NCBI RefSeq assembly: GCF_003149375.1
Contig: NZ_QFWH01000001.1
Coordinates: 24,753 to 88,752 of the forward strand
Direction of reading: 5' to 3'
Length of the DNA stretch: 64,000 bases
Source of the DNA: Vampirovibrio chlorellavorus
GTDB lineage: Bacteria > Cyanobacteriota > Vampirovibrionia > Vampirovibrionales > Vampirovibrionaceae
The position numbers and the translations under genes were made by a program. Below the pieces are notes generated by a model. It was not told the origin of the DNA. It was given only the letters and a program-made list of their open reading frames with translations, and did not search any database. Positions 9,763-18,652 of the stretch are shown here, one piece after another; the first letter of the stretch is position 1; each line of letters opens with the position of its first letter.

Positions 9763-9785
9763 AGGTTCATACGGAGGACACCCCC

Positions 9786-10226
9786 ATGCATTCCCTGAAA
9801 TCTGGAGAACTGGCCAAGCAGGCCAACGTGAACCCGGAAACACTCCGTTATTATGAGCGAGAGGGCTTGTTGCCGGAACCCACCCGCACCGAGGCGGGAT
9901 ATCGGCTGTATCACCCCGATGATGTGAAGCGGGTGCGCTTTATCAAAAAGGCCCAGGAATTGGGCTTCTCCCTGAAGGAAGTGAAAGAGCTGCTGGCCCT
10001 CAAGTTGAACGCCGATCACTCTGCCAGTGAGGTAAAACGCCTCACCGAGCATAAAATTGAGGCGATTGAAGCCAAAATCCAGAGCTTGCAGGCCATGAAA
10101 AACGTTTTGAAGGATCTGGCTTCGGCCTGTTCCGGCACCGGCAGCGTGGATCATTGCCCCATTCTGAATTGTCTGGAAGATAACACTCAAGAGAAAGGAG
10201 GTGAAAACTCATGCAAAACCTGTTAG
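9786..10226 (+). CDS. MerR-family heavy-metal-responsive transcriptional regulator (CueR/MerR-like)
   Basis: N-terminal MerR HTH (SGELAKQANVNPETLRYYEREGLL), GFSLKEVKELL, metal-binding loop CSGTGSVDHCP; GGAGG RBS upstream. Confidence 0.95.
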   Translation: MHSLKSGELAKQANVNPETLRYYEREGLLPEPTRTEAGYRLYHPDDVKRVRFIKKAQELGFSLKEVKELLALKLNADHSASEVKRLTEHKIEAIEAKIQSLQAMKNVLKDLASACSGTGSVDHCPILNCLEDNTQEKGGENSCKTC

Positions 10227-10333
10227 TACGCAGTTTCATGCCCCAGGCTGAACAAACCAAAGAGTGTAACTGCAATCCCTGCACGTGCGATCCGTGCGAA
10301 TGTGGCCCGCAATGCAGCTGCCACCAGCAGTAA
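10211..10333 (+). CDS. Putative metallothionein, 40 aa, four C-x-C motifs (absent from ORF track)
   Basis: Hand translation MQNLLVRSFMPQAEQTKECNCNPCTCDPCECGPQCSCHQQ*; AAAGGAGGTG RBS 7 nt before ATG 10211; overlaps the merR stop by 16 nt; followed by a hairpin. Confidence 0.8.
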   Translation: MQNLLVRSFMPQAEQTKECNCNPCTCDPCECGPQCSCHQQ

Positions 10334-10364
10334 CCATACAATGCCCCGCCATGCCCCCTTCTCC

Positions 10365-10394
10365 GGCCCCGTCTATTGAGTGATAGATGGGGCC
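10365..10394. terminator. Hairpin between the metallothionein-like gene and the convergent GNAT gene
   Basis: GGCCCCGTCTAT-tgagtg-ATAGATGGGGCC (12 bp with one G-U pair) followed by tggctttt. Confidence 0.65.
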
Positions 10395-10400
10395 TGGCTT

Positions 10401-11480
10401 TTACGCCACAGAAACAAGCGACGCAACCGCCCCTCCAGGAATGAAGCCGGGCAGAAACAAACGCCCGAGGTCTGGAATTTTCGCAGAAATGCCCGTTATC
10501 TCCGGTATTTGGATTGGGCTTAACGTTTTATATTTGACATAATTCACGTATGCCTGCCCCCGGATTGATTTCGGGTTGGCCAATAACAGGGAGTAATAGG
10601 GATCGGTGCGGTTGGCAATTCCGGCTTTGTAGCCATGCTCCCCGTCTCCCAGGTTGATTTGCAGTATGTTATACTCCGTAGCCCTTGCCATGCGGTGGTA
10701 CAGGCTCAGCAAACCTGGAGCGAACTCCTGATACTCTCCGGTGTTGATGGTCATGACGGAGTAAAGTGTATGGCCCATCAGAATATTCATGGTCAGATTG
10801 GTAAGAGTACCGTTCAGATAAAACCCTTCCAGAAGCAAAGCGCCCTGTTCCTCCAGCGCTTGTGCCCATGCCACGATGAAGTCCCGCTCACGGAGATCGC
10901 TAAAATAGGAATGTCCGGCTTTTTGTGTCCAGTACGCCAGATGGTGCTTAAAAAACAGGGAAAAAAATTGCTGAATGCCATCAATCCCTGAAAAACGCCG
11001 CAGCTCAGGATGCAGCGCTTCCGATTTTTTGAGTTTGCGACGAATGTCCTTCCGTTTGGCGGCACTCAACTGGCTCAAATAAGCATCGAAGCCATGGTGC
11101 AAATCAACCCAATAAGCGGTGGAACTGGGTTTTTGGAATATTTCAAGCCCCAGTTCCGTCAATAACTCAAACCGCTGAAACGCCCGGCGACTCTCCGGCC
11201 AGGTTAACGCCAAATAATCCCACTGGCTTTGGGGCTGCAGGCTGGCAAATTGCTCGTAGCAACGCTGGTCAAAATCCTGAGACCAGGCATTGTTCCACCC
11301 TGCGTAACGAAGCTCCTTCAGCGCAACGCCCTTGCACATTTCACGGCGATGAATCGCCAGATTGTGGTGGACATCCACAATGTCAAACTTGGGGGACAGG
11401 TACTGCCACCAACACTCGAAAAAGCTTTGTAACTGATAAGGATGATGGATCTCTGATAGCACAGTTGATTCAGCAATCAT
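10401..11480 (-). CDS. GNAT-family acetyltransferase (CelD/BcsL, Acetyltransf_6-like)
   Basis: FDAYLSQLSAAKRKDIRRKLKK, APGLLSLY and INLGDGEHGYK motifs typical of this family; ATG 11480 preferred. Confidence 0.75.
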   Translation of the reverse strand: MIAESTVLSEIHHPYQLQSFFECWWQYLSPKFDIVDVHHNLAIHRREMCKGVALKELRYAGWNNAWSQDFDQRCYEQFASLQPQSQWDYLALTWPESRRAFQRFELLTELGLEIFQKPSSTAYWVDLHHGFDAYLSQLSAAKRKDIRRKLKKSEALHPELRRFSGIDGIQQFFSLFFKHHLAYWTQKAGHSYFSDLRERDFIVAWAQALEEQGALLLEGFYLNGTLTNLTMNILMGHTLYSVMTINTGEYQEFAPGLLSLYHRMARATEYNILQINLGDGEHGYKAGIANRTDPYYSLLLANPKSIRGQAYVNYVKYKTLSPIQIPEITGISAKIPDLGRLFLPGFIPGGAVASLVSVA

Positions 11481-12027
11481 GGGCAGTCCCAGGGTTATGG
11501 GCTCAATTGGGCTTCGGTTGGCCGAACCCCACACGGAATAGCAATCAAAGACAGGTATCAATTTGCGTATTAGGATAAAAACTATCCGGGAGAAAAAATT
11601 GACCTTCCGTCACATACCTGCAGAAGGGCTTGCGTCCATCCGCACGTTTGAAAAAAGTAAGGCCGCCTTACCTCAAAAATGCCCCAATGCTCCCTTGAGG
11701 CAGTTTGATCAATCCAGACTAATGGCAGTTGCCCACAATTATTTACACATATTAAGTAAAAACTTGTATCCAAAAACAGGGGATTTGGAGAGATTGGCAT
11801 ATCCAGCAAAGCAGCGGAAGATATGCGTTTTTTATCGGCTGGATAGATGGCCACAAAAGCGAACCGAGCCTCTTCATTCTAAATGATTGTTTTTAATTTC
11901 TATTGTTGTAATATGAGATCAGTGGAGAGGTTCACCGGGCTGGTGATGAACCCATCCATGGGGTATCCCCGGTTGGTATCCCCGGGCTTTGAGTGAAGTG
12001 AGTGTGTGTTTAGAGAGGCTGTGTTGT

Positions 12028-12231
12028 ATGGAATATTTTCCGAATGCCAAAGCATTGGTTTATGGTGAGTTGAATTTCGTTTCTACCGTGAACGGTTTAA
12101 CCGAAATAAAAGTGTCTTACGATATGGATGCCCTGCTGGATGAGGTCTCCAACGAGGTGTTTGCCTTGTTTATTGGGGAGCCAAGGCCCACTGCGGCTCT
12201 GGAAGTGGTTCGTCAGGCCCAGATGGTATAA
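12028..12231 (+). CDS. Small hypothetical protein (67 aa)
   Basis: GAGAGG RBS 9 nt before ATG 12028; protein-like composition; no family recognised. Confidence 0.5.
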   Translation: MEYFPNAKALVYGELNFVSTVNGLTEIKVSYDMDALLDEVSNEVFALFIGEPRPTAALEVVRQAQMV

Positions 12232-12621
12232 ATCCATCCTATCAATTCATCCACTGGATTTTTCCCACGATTTAATTGAGCTTTGAATTAAGTTTCGAGC
12301 TGAGCTACAAGCATGGATGGCAAGCCCCTCCCGGCTTGATGTCATCTGAATGATCAGGAAATAGGCGATTGGACTGAACAGTGTGGAAGTTTAGCCAGGA
12401 ACTCCCAAAGGGTTTCCCGGCAAGCAGCAGCGGTTCAGAATCAGTCGGGCAAGTTGACCTTGCCCACTGGTTTTGGCCGAGTCTCCCGGCATGCGTGGCC
12501 CCGGAGATGCAACATCATTATGGATGGTTCTCTTTCTTTCTCTTACTTACTTTCTTTCTCTCTCTCTCTTTCTTTGTGGGCGGACAGTGGCTCTTCGTTC
12601 GCGTCACAAGCTCATTCTTTC

Positions 12622-12660
12622 AACCCTTTTGTGGCCAAGCCTAAAAGGGTTTTTTATTTT
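12622..12660 (+). terminator. Intrinsic terminator-like hairpin
   Basis: AACCCTTTT-12 nt-AAAAGGGTT followed by TTTTATTTT. Confidence 0.6.
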
Positions 12661-12691
12661 CTTCCGTTCGGATATGGCGTAAAATAACACG

Positions 12692-14794
12692 ATGCCCACC
12701 ACCCCACTGCCATTCCATGCCGACTCTCACCCTGACAACCTTTCCGCCCTGGTCTGGCAAAGCATGCTCAGCCAGTTGACCCCAACGATTTCTGAGAACA
12801 ATCCATCGTCGATTTCATACATCCCGCCCGGATTGCGACTTTCCCAATGGCAAGGCTGGGAGGCAATATGGCCACAACCCGATGACCATTGGGTCGCTTT
12901 GTATGAGCAAACCCAGGCGCGATTGGCCCGACAAAATCGCAAAAAAAAGGGCGAATTGCAGCAAGGGGTTTTTTATACCCCGGAGCCCATGGCCCGCTAT
13001 CTGGTACGGCAAACCCTGGGCGTTTTTCTACAGCAGCGCTATCAGGCCATTGCAGGGGCCATTTTAGAAAATCAGGTGCAAGCAGCGCAAACACTGGTGG
13101 ACGAGGTTCAGGGGGTGAAAGTGATCGATCCGGCTTGTGGCACCGGGGTATTTTTAGTGGCCGCTTTACAGTGCCTCAGCGAATTTTATCAGCGACTTCA
13201 AGAGCAATTTACGACCATCCACATTGAGGGTAACGCCCAATTCGCCATCCGGCATCAGTTATACGGCATCGACATTGATCCGCTGAGCGTGGCCATAACC
13301 GAATGCCGATTGTGGCAATGGGCCCACTGGCTTGAGGCCCAAGACCGTGCGGACGAATCGTTTTTTACTCATACCAATTTGATGGCGGCAACTTTGATGG
13401 CGGCGGATACCTTGAACGCCTCGCCCTTTCCAGACCTGCGCTGGCAGTTTATTGTGGGCAACCCACCGTTTGTCTCGGAAGTACGCAAGCAGGCTGAACG
13501 TTTTAAAGCACTTCAGCACACCGATTTTTATCAGGCCAAAATGGATGTCTGCGACGCCTTTACCGCCTGGGCCATTCAGCACCTTTCGCCCAACGGACAA
13601 CTGGCTTACGTGTTGCCCATTTACTGGATGCAGCGAACCAGTAGCCAGTCGCTGCGAACGCTACTGTGGGAAACAGGGCGATTCCGGCAATTATGGCGTT
13701 TTGGGGACAGTCCCATTTTTAAAAACGCACCCGGTCATCATCCCTCGTTGCTCCTTTGGCAGAAATCGTTGTCAAATCTTAAGAACGTCGAGAAGGCTAG
13801 CAGGCAATCCATCCAATGGGGAACAGCGGAGACGGTAGAAAGCCTCTCTGAGTCTGGGCTATCGGCGGCCTGTATATTAAACGATGCCCGTTCCGGAAAA
13901 TTTGTAGTGGGCGAACAACAGACCATCGATCTCCTCCATCGCTTATCCGACTTGCACACACTAATTCCTGAAAAAGCCATTCAGCAGGGCATTGTGCTGC
14001 CCCAGGGACGTTTGAAAAAATCGGATTGGCGGCAGCAAACGCCATCCTTTCAAGCCCAATTTTCCCAGGATGCGGGCATTTTTTTGCTGACGGACGCGGA
14101 AGTGGCAGCGCTCTCTTTCAACGATTTTGAACGGGCTTTGCTGAAGCCCTACTATGGACCCACCGGCTTTTTACCCTTTCAGGGATTTCAACAAAACAAG
14201 GCGTTGTACCAACTGATTTACACCGATGCCCCAGCCCGGAAAAAAATAGCCACACATCCTGATCGCTACTCCAATCTCCGGGCCCATCTCGATCGTTTTG
14301 CCCCCGTGTTGACCGCCGCCTTCAAGCCCTATGGTTTGCATCGTCCCCGGCAGCCCCACTGGTTTGAAAACCCTTGCAAAACACTCTGCCCCCGGCAAGT
14401 GCCCTATCCCGCCTTTGCCGTGGTGGAACACCCTGCTTATGTGTCTGAAGGCTTTTACATCTTGCAACCCGAGAATGCAGGACAAGCGCATTTCTGGACA
14501 GCCCTGCTGAACAGCCAGCTGGGCTGGTTCTGGTTGTATCATCAAAAACGCAAAGGGCAGCGGCTGCAAATTGATAAAGACGTCTTGCAGGTGTTTCCCC
14601 AGCCGCCCTCCGTTACGGAAGCAGCGATAGAAACGCTGGCAACAATCAGCCAAAAATTGGCCCAGCCTGTATCAGCATTAGAACGCAAAACGCTTTTGAA
14701 CAGGCTGAATAAACAGGTTTTTCAACTGTATCAATGCAGTCCAGAGGAAGTGGCATGCGTGAGGGCTGCCTATAACGCTATGGGCTTTGCGTGA
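12692..14794 (+). CDS. Gamma-class adenine DNA methyltransferase (TaqI/Eco57I-like) with C-terminal target-recognition domain
   Basis: GVFYTP, motif I VIDPACGTGVFL, YGIDIDP, motif IV IVGNPPF, TaqI_C-like region (LHRPRQPHWF...ALLNSQL). Confidence 0.85.
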   Translation: MPTTPLPFHADSHPDNLSALVWQSMLSQLTPTISENNPSSISYIPPGLRLSQWQGWEAIWPQPDDHWVALYEQTQARLARQNRKKKGELQQGVFYTPEPMARYLVRQTLGVFLQQRYQAIAGAILENQVQAAQTLVDEVQGVKVIDPACGTGVFLVAALQCLSEFYQRLQEQFTTIHIEGNAQFAIRHQLYGIDIDPLSVAITECRLWQWAHWLEAQDRADESFFTHTNLMAATLMAADTLNASPFPDLRWQFIVGNPPFVSEVRKQAERFKALQHTDFYQAKMDVCDAFTAWAIQHLSPNGQLAYVLPIYWMQRTSSQSLRTLLWETGRFRQLWRFGDSPIFKNAPGHHPSLLLWQKSLSNLKNVEKASRQSIQWGTAETVESLSESGLSAACILNDARSGKFVVGEQQTIDLLHRLSDLHTLIPEKAIQQGIVLPQGRLKKSDWRQQTPSFQAQFSQDAGIFLLTDAEVAALSFNDFERALLKPYYGPTGFLPFQGFQQNKALYQLIYTDAPARKKIATHPDRYSNLRAHLDRFAPVLTAAFKPYGLHRPRQPHWFENPCKTLCPRQVPYPAFAVVEHPAYVSEGFYILQPENAGQAHFWTALLNSQLGWFWLYHQKRKGQRLQIDKDVLQVFPQPPSVTEAAIETLATISQKLAQPVSALERKTLLNRLNKQVFQLYQCSPEEVACVRAAYNAMGFA

Positions 14795-16148
14795 GAATGG
14801 CTTGGGCAGCAGTCGTGCCGGATTGCACACAGGCGTTCAGGGCAATGCCATGGAGATAATTCCCCGCTAAATGCAAGCCTTTGTGCTTTTGCAGTACGGC
14901 TTCAATGCCCGCGATGCGTTGCACGTGCCCCAAGTTGTATTGCGGAATAGCGTTGGGGTGATGCTGAATGTGGCTAAACACAGGCTCCAGCGAACCTTTG
15001 AGATGGAAGACCGTTTGCAGATCCCGGGTGACTTGCCCCTGAATTTGGGACGCCTTTTGCTTCAGAATTTCAGGATAATGGGCGCCCCCAATAAAGTTAC
15101 TGAGCAGCACATGCCCTTGAGGCGCTCGCTCCGGGAACAGGCTGCTGGCCCAAATAGCGGCCAATAGCGGGATATTCTCTTTGCGGGGAATCAGGCAGCC
15201 AAAGCCATCCAGCACATGGGGTATTTGTTCAACCCGAAAGCCCAAATGGGCCACCGCCAAACTGCTATAGGGAACGTGCCGGAGCAGGCTTGCCGCATCG
15301 GGACTTAGGGTGTCCAGTAAGGCGGCGGCCACAAAGGCAGGCACGGCCAGAATAATGTGCTGTGCCTGCAAGATTTCCCCGCCGTTCAGTCTGACTTGAT
15401 AGGTCGTGGCGTCGGCTTTTTCGATGGCTTGAACCGGGCACCGCAAGCGAATGGCGTGGGCGGGCAGGGCTTGGGCCAAACGGTGGGTGAGGGTTTGTAA
15501 TCCTCCCGCTACGCTCATGAGTTGCATTTTGGACTTGGGTTGAGTGGGCTCTTTTTTAGGACGATGACGCAAACCCTTAAAAATACTGCCATACTCCTGC
15601 TCCCACTGCCACAGCTTGGGGAACACGGCGGGCATGCTCAGGGTATTCACATTGCCAGCATAAATGCCGCTAATAAAGGGATCGACCAGATTCTCCACCA
15701 CCGCTCGCCCCACCCGGTGCGTTAGAAAACCGGCCACACTCATGTCATCGGCTTGGCATTTCGGCTGAAACGGCTCTTTCAGCAATCGGAGTTTGGCCCA
15801 AGGGGACAGCACCGGGGTGGTCAGGACTTGCCACGGTTTTTGGGGCAAAGCGGTCAGTTTGCCATTGAGGTACAAGTAGCGTTTGCTGGCCGATGCCTGG
15901 GTCGCCTGAGGTTCCAGACCCAACTCCCGGCACAAGTCCATCAGTTCCTGCGCCGTGCTGGGGAAGGTATTGGGGCCACCCTCAAAGGTGTAGCCCCCCT
16001 CGTGGTGGGTTTGAATCCAGCCACCCACCCGGTCGGCCGCTTCCAGCACCATCACCGATCGGTTTTGTTGATGCAGGCGATACGCAGCCGTCAGGCCACT
16101 CAGACCCGCCCCAATAATCAGGGTATCCACGGATTGCATGTTAGCCAC
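14778..16148 (-). CDS. hemY: Protoporphyrinogen/coproporphyrinogen oxidase (HemY/HemG, FAD-dependent)
   Basis: IIGAGLSGL FAD motif, EAADRVGGWI, EGGPNTF, SGIYAG, AIPQYNLGH; alternative start ATG 16139. Confidence 0.93.
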   Translation of the reverse strand: MANMQSVDTLIIGAGLSGLTAAYRLHQQNRSVMVLEAADRVGGWIQTHHEGGYTFEGGPNTFPSTAQELMDLCRELGLEPQATQASASKRYLYLNGKLTALPQKPWQVLTTPVLSPWAKLRLLKEPFQPKCQADDMSVAGFLTHRVGRAVVENLVDPFISGIYAGNVNTLSMPAVFPKLWQWEQEYGSIFKGLRHRPKKEPTQPKSKMQLMSVAGGLQTLTHRLAQALPAHAIRLRCPVQAIEKADATTYQVRLNGGEILQAQHIILAVPAFVAAALLDTLSPDAASLLRHVPYSSLAVAHLGFRVEQIPHVLDGFGCLIPRKENIPLLAAIWASSLFPERAPQGHVLLSNFIGGAHYPEILKQKASQIQGQVTRDLQTVFHLKGSLEPVFSHIQHHPNAIPQYNLGHVQRIAGIEAVLQKHKGLHLAGNYLHGIALNACVQSGTTAAQAILTQSP

Positions 16149-17193
16149 TGGCCTGCGCTTGAATCAGCTCGGGAAAGGTGGAAAACTCAGCGGCATTCCC
16201 CGGCTTGTTCTCCAGCTGATCAATCGTCAACTCGCACAGGGCTTGAATAAAGCTGGCGTTGGTATTGAGCGAGGGGGCCCGGTAGCAATGCTCAATCCCC
16301 AACTCGTTGGCCAGGGGAATGTACTCGTGATCAATCTCTACCAGCGTTTCCACGTGATCGGACACAAAGCTGAGGGCCACCATTAAAATATTGTCCCGGT
16401 GATTGGCGGCAAAATAGGGCAGCACGCCTTCCGTGGCTGGCCCCAGCCAGGGCATTTTACCCACCTGACTCTGGTAGGCCAATTCCCACGGATTATTGGG
16501 GAAAAAGCGGGTGGCAATGGTTTCCGCGCAAGCGTAAATCTGCTCGGGATACGGATCTTTGGTGCGCTTCACGTGCTTCACCGGCAAACTGTGGGCACTG
16601 AATAGAATCTGCACCTCGTCCTTGGGACACGTCCACGGGTTGCTATTGAGCCCTTCCTCAATGCACTCCCGCATGGCCTCTAAATACAGGGGATGATCGT
16701 GATACGGCGGCACCACTTGCAGTTCAAACCGCACGTTTTTTTGATCCAAAACTCGTTTCAGCTCGTTCAGACTACTGCCAGTGGTGGTGTAGGAGAAATG
16801 CGGGTACAGGGGCACTACAATCACCCGCTGAATGCCATCTTTCACCATGGCATCCACCGCTTCTTCCGTAAAAGGGTGCCAGTAGCGCATGGCGATGTAC
16901 ACCGGCAGATCCGGGTAGCCTTTTTCCGCCAGCGCCCGCGAGAGGGCCTCTCCCTGCGCTTCAGTATATTTCAGAATGGGGGAGCTGCCACCCATGATCT
17001 CGTAATTTTCCTGAGCCAGTTCTTCCCGCTTGGTGGAAATAAGCCAAGCCAGTGGCTTTTGAAAAATAAAAGACAGGGGCAATTTAATAATATCGGGATC
17101 GGCGAACAGGTTGAACAGAAAGTGTTTGACGTTCTCCAGGCTGTCCGGGCCGCCCAGATTGAGAAATAGAATGCCGGTTTTCGGTGAACTCAT
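16141..17193 (-). CDS. hemH: Ferrochelatase
   Basis: NLGGP, AMRYWHP, LYPHFSYTTTGSS, LFSAHSLP, FVSDHVETLVEID; AAGGAG RBS before ATG 17193. Confidence 0.95.
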   Translation of the reverse strand: MSSPKTGILFLNLGGPDSLENVKHFLFNLFADPDIIKLPLSFIFQKPLAWLISTKREELAQENYEIMGGSSPILKYTEAQGEALSRALAEKGYPDLPVYIAMRYWHPFTEEAVDAMVKDGIQRVIVVPLYPHFSYTTTGSSLNELKRVLDQKNVRFELQVVPPYHDHPLYLEAMRECIEEGLNSNPWTCPKDEVQILFSAHSLPVKHVKRTKDPYPEQIYACAETIATRFFPNNPWELAYQSQVGKMPWLGPATEGVLPYFAANHRDNILMVALSFVSDHVETLVEIDHEYIPLANELGIEHCYRAPSLNTNASFIQALCELTIDQLENKPGNAAEFSTFPELIQAQASG

Positions 17194-17225
17194 GTGGAAG
17201 CTCCTTGGCAATCAAACGTGAACCA

Positions 17226-18623
17226 TCAAACCGTTTTGGAAAAAGTCGGTTTGTCCCCACTCAGTTGGGGCAAATAAGCATCAAAGGGCATGGCGATGTT
17301 GCGGCTGAACAGGCGGCCCAAGGGCGTCACGCTCAAGCCGGTTTCGGTCAGTTCCACCAGACCATCGGCGGCCATGTCCTCCAGCTTGGGGAAGGCATCG
17401 GCAAAGTGGGATTGAAAATCCACGCCAAAGCGTTGCTGAATGTCCCTGTAGCTGATTTTTCCGGGACACAAAACGGCCAGGATTACCGCTTGCCGCAAGC
17501 GATCTTCAGCGCTCAGTTCATAACCCCGCATGGTGGCGATGCGTCCGGCTTCAATGGCCTCGTAATATTGGGACAATTTGCGCCAGTTCTGGGCGAATTG
17601 GCCTTGCAACCCGCTGATGGCGCTGACCCCGAAGCCGTATAAATCGCTGGGCAGGTTGCCGTGCTGCACCGTGTAGCCCATAAAGTTGCGGTGCAGGTTG
17701 CCATTTTGCAGGGCCAGACTCAGTTCATCGGTGGGTTTGGCAAAGTGATCCATACCGATGTAGAGGTAACCGGCTTCCGTCAGCAGTTGCTGGGCGGTTT
17801 GCAGAATATTGAACTTGGTTTCGCTTTCCGGCAGGGCCGCTTCCGGGATTTGGTTCTGGTGGGGGCTGAGCCACGGCACATGGGCGTAACTATAAAGGGC
17901 AATGCGATCCGGGCTGAGTTGAATCACCTCTCGCACGGTTTTTTCAAAACTTTCCACCGATTGATGGGGCAACCCGTAGATTAAATCAAAATTCAGCCCT
18001 TCAAAGCCCAGTTGTCGGCAATGCTCGGTGGTGGCTGCGGTCATATCCAGTGGCTGGATTCGATGGATGGCCTCCTGCACCTGCGAGTTAAAATCCTGCA
18101 CCCCCAGACTGATGCGGTTAAAGCCCAATTCCTTGAGTAATTCAAGCTGCACCGGGGTGGTGACCCGAGGGTCCACCTCAATGGCCACTTCAGCGCCGGG
18201 AGCCAACTGGAACAGTTCAGTCTGGAATTTAAACAGGCGGGCCATTTGTTCTTCAGACAAATAGGTGGGTGTACCGCCGCCCCAGTGGAACTGCACCACT
18301 GGGCGGCTGCGATCCATCCAGTTGGCAATGGTTTCCATTTCCTTAAACAGGTAACCCAGATATTTTTCAGCCTGATCCCGCTGTTGGGTGATGACCACAT
18401 TGCAGCCGCAAAACAGGCAGCGGCTTTCGCAAAAGGGCAAATGCACATATAAGGACAACGGATGCGGATTGCTACCGGGCGGCTGGTTGGTGTCCCGAAT
18501 GGTTTTTTCGTGGGCGACGGCATTATAGCTGTCCTGCCACACCGGGGCCGTCGGATAGCTGGTGTATCGGGGGCCGGAGGTGTTGTATTTCTGCAACAGT
18601 GCCTTGGATGCCATGCTTTGCAT
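17226..18623 (-). CDS. hemN: Oxygen-independent coproporphyrinogen III oxidase (radical SAM)
   Basis: GPRYTSYPTA, YVHLPFCESRCLFCGC (CxxxCxxC), HWGGGTPT, IGMDHFA, RNFMGY. Confidence 0.95.
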   Translation of the reverse strand: MQSMASKALLQKYNTSGPRYTSYPTAPVWQDSYNAVAHEKTIRDTNQPPGSNPHPLSLYVHLPFCESRCLFCGCNVVITQQRDQAEKYLGYLFKEMETIANWMDRSRPVVQFHWGGGTPTYLSEEQMARLFKFQTELFQLAPGAEVAIEVDPRVTTPVQLELLKELGFNRISLGVQDFNSQVQEAIHRIQPLDMTAATTEHCRQLGFEGLNFDLIYGLPHQSVESFEKTVREVIQLSPDRIALYSYAHVPWLSPHQNQIPEAALPESETKFNILQTAQQLLTEAGYLYIGMDHFAKPTDELSLALQNGNLHRNFMGYTVQHGNLPSDLYGFGVSAISGLQGQFAQNWRKLSQYYEAIEAGRIATMRGYELSAEDRLRQAVILAVLCPGKISYRDIQQRFGVDFQSHFADAFPKLEDMAADGLVELTETGLSVTPLGRLFSRNIAMPFDAYLPQLSGDKPTFSKTV

Positions 18624-18652
18624 GCGGAGATCCTTGCGTTTCGTCTTTTAGT

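Noticed and set aside
9515-9856. 113-aa ORF with a hydrophobic segment upstream of merR
   Set aside because: Runs through the MITE and the merR promoter and overlaps merR out of frame
12381-12644. 87-aa ORF with an apparent TM helix (possible type I toxin)
   Set aside because: The Phe/Leu/Ser stretch is simply the translation of the CT tract; no convincing RBS; all three frames give similar products
12692-14794. Complete restriction-modification, BREX or DISARM defence system
   Set aside because: Only an MTase is present; its neighbours are a GNAT gene, non-coding DNA and hem genes
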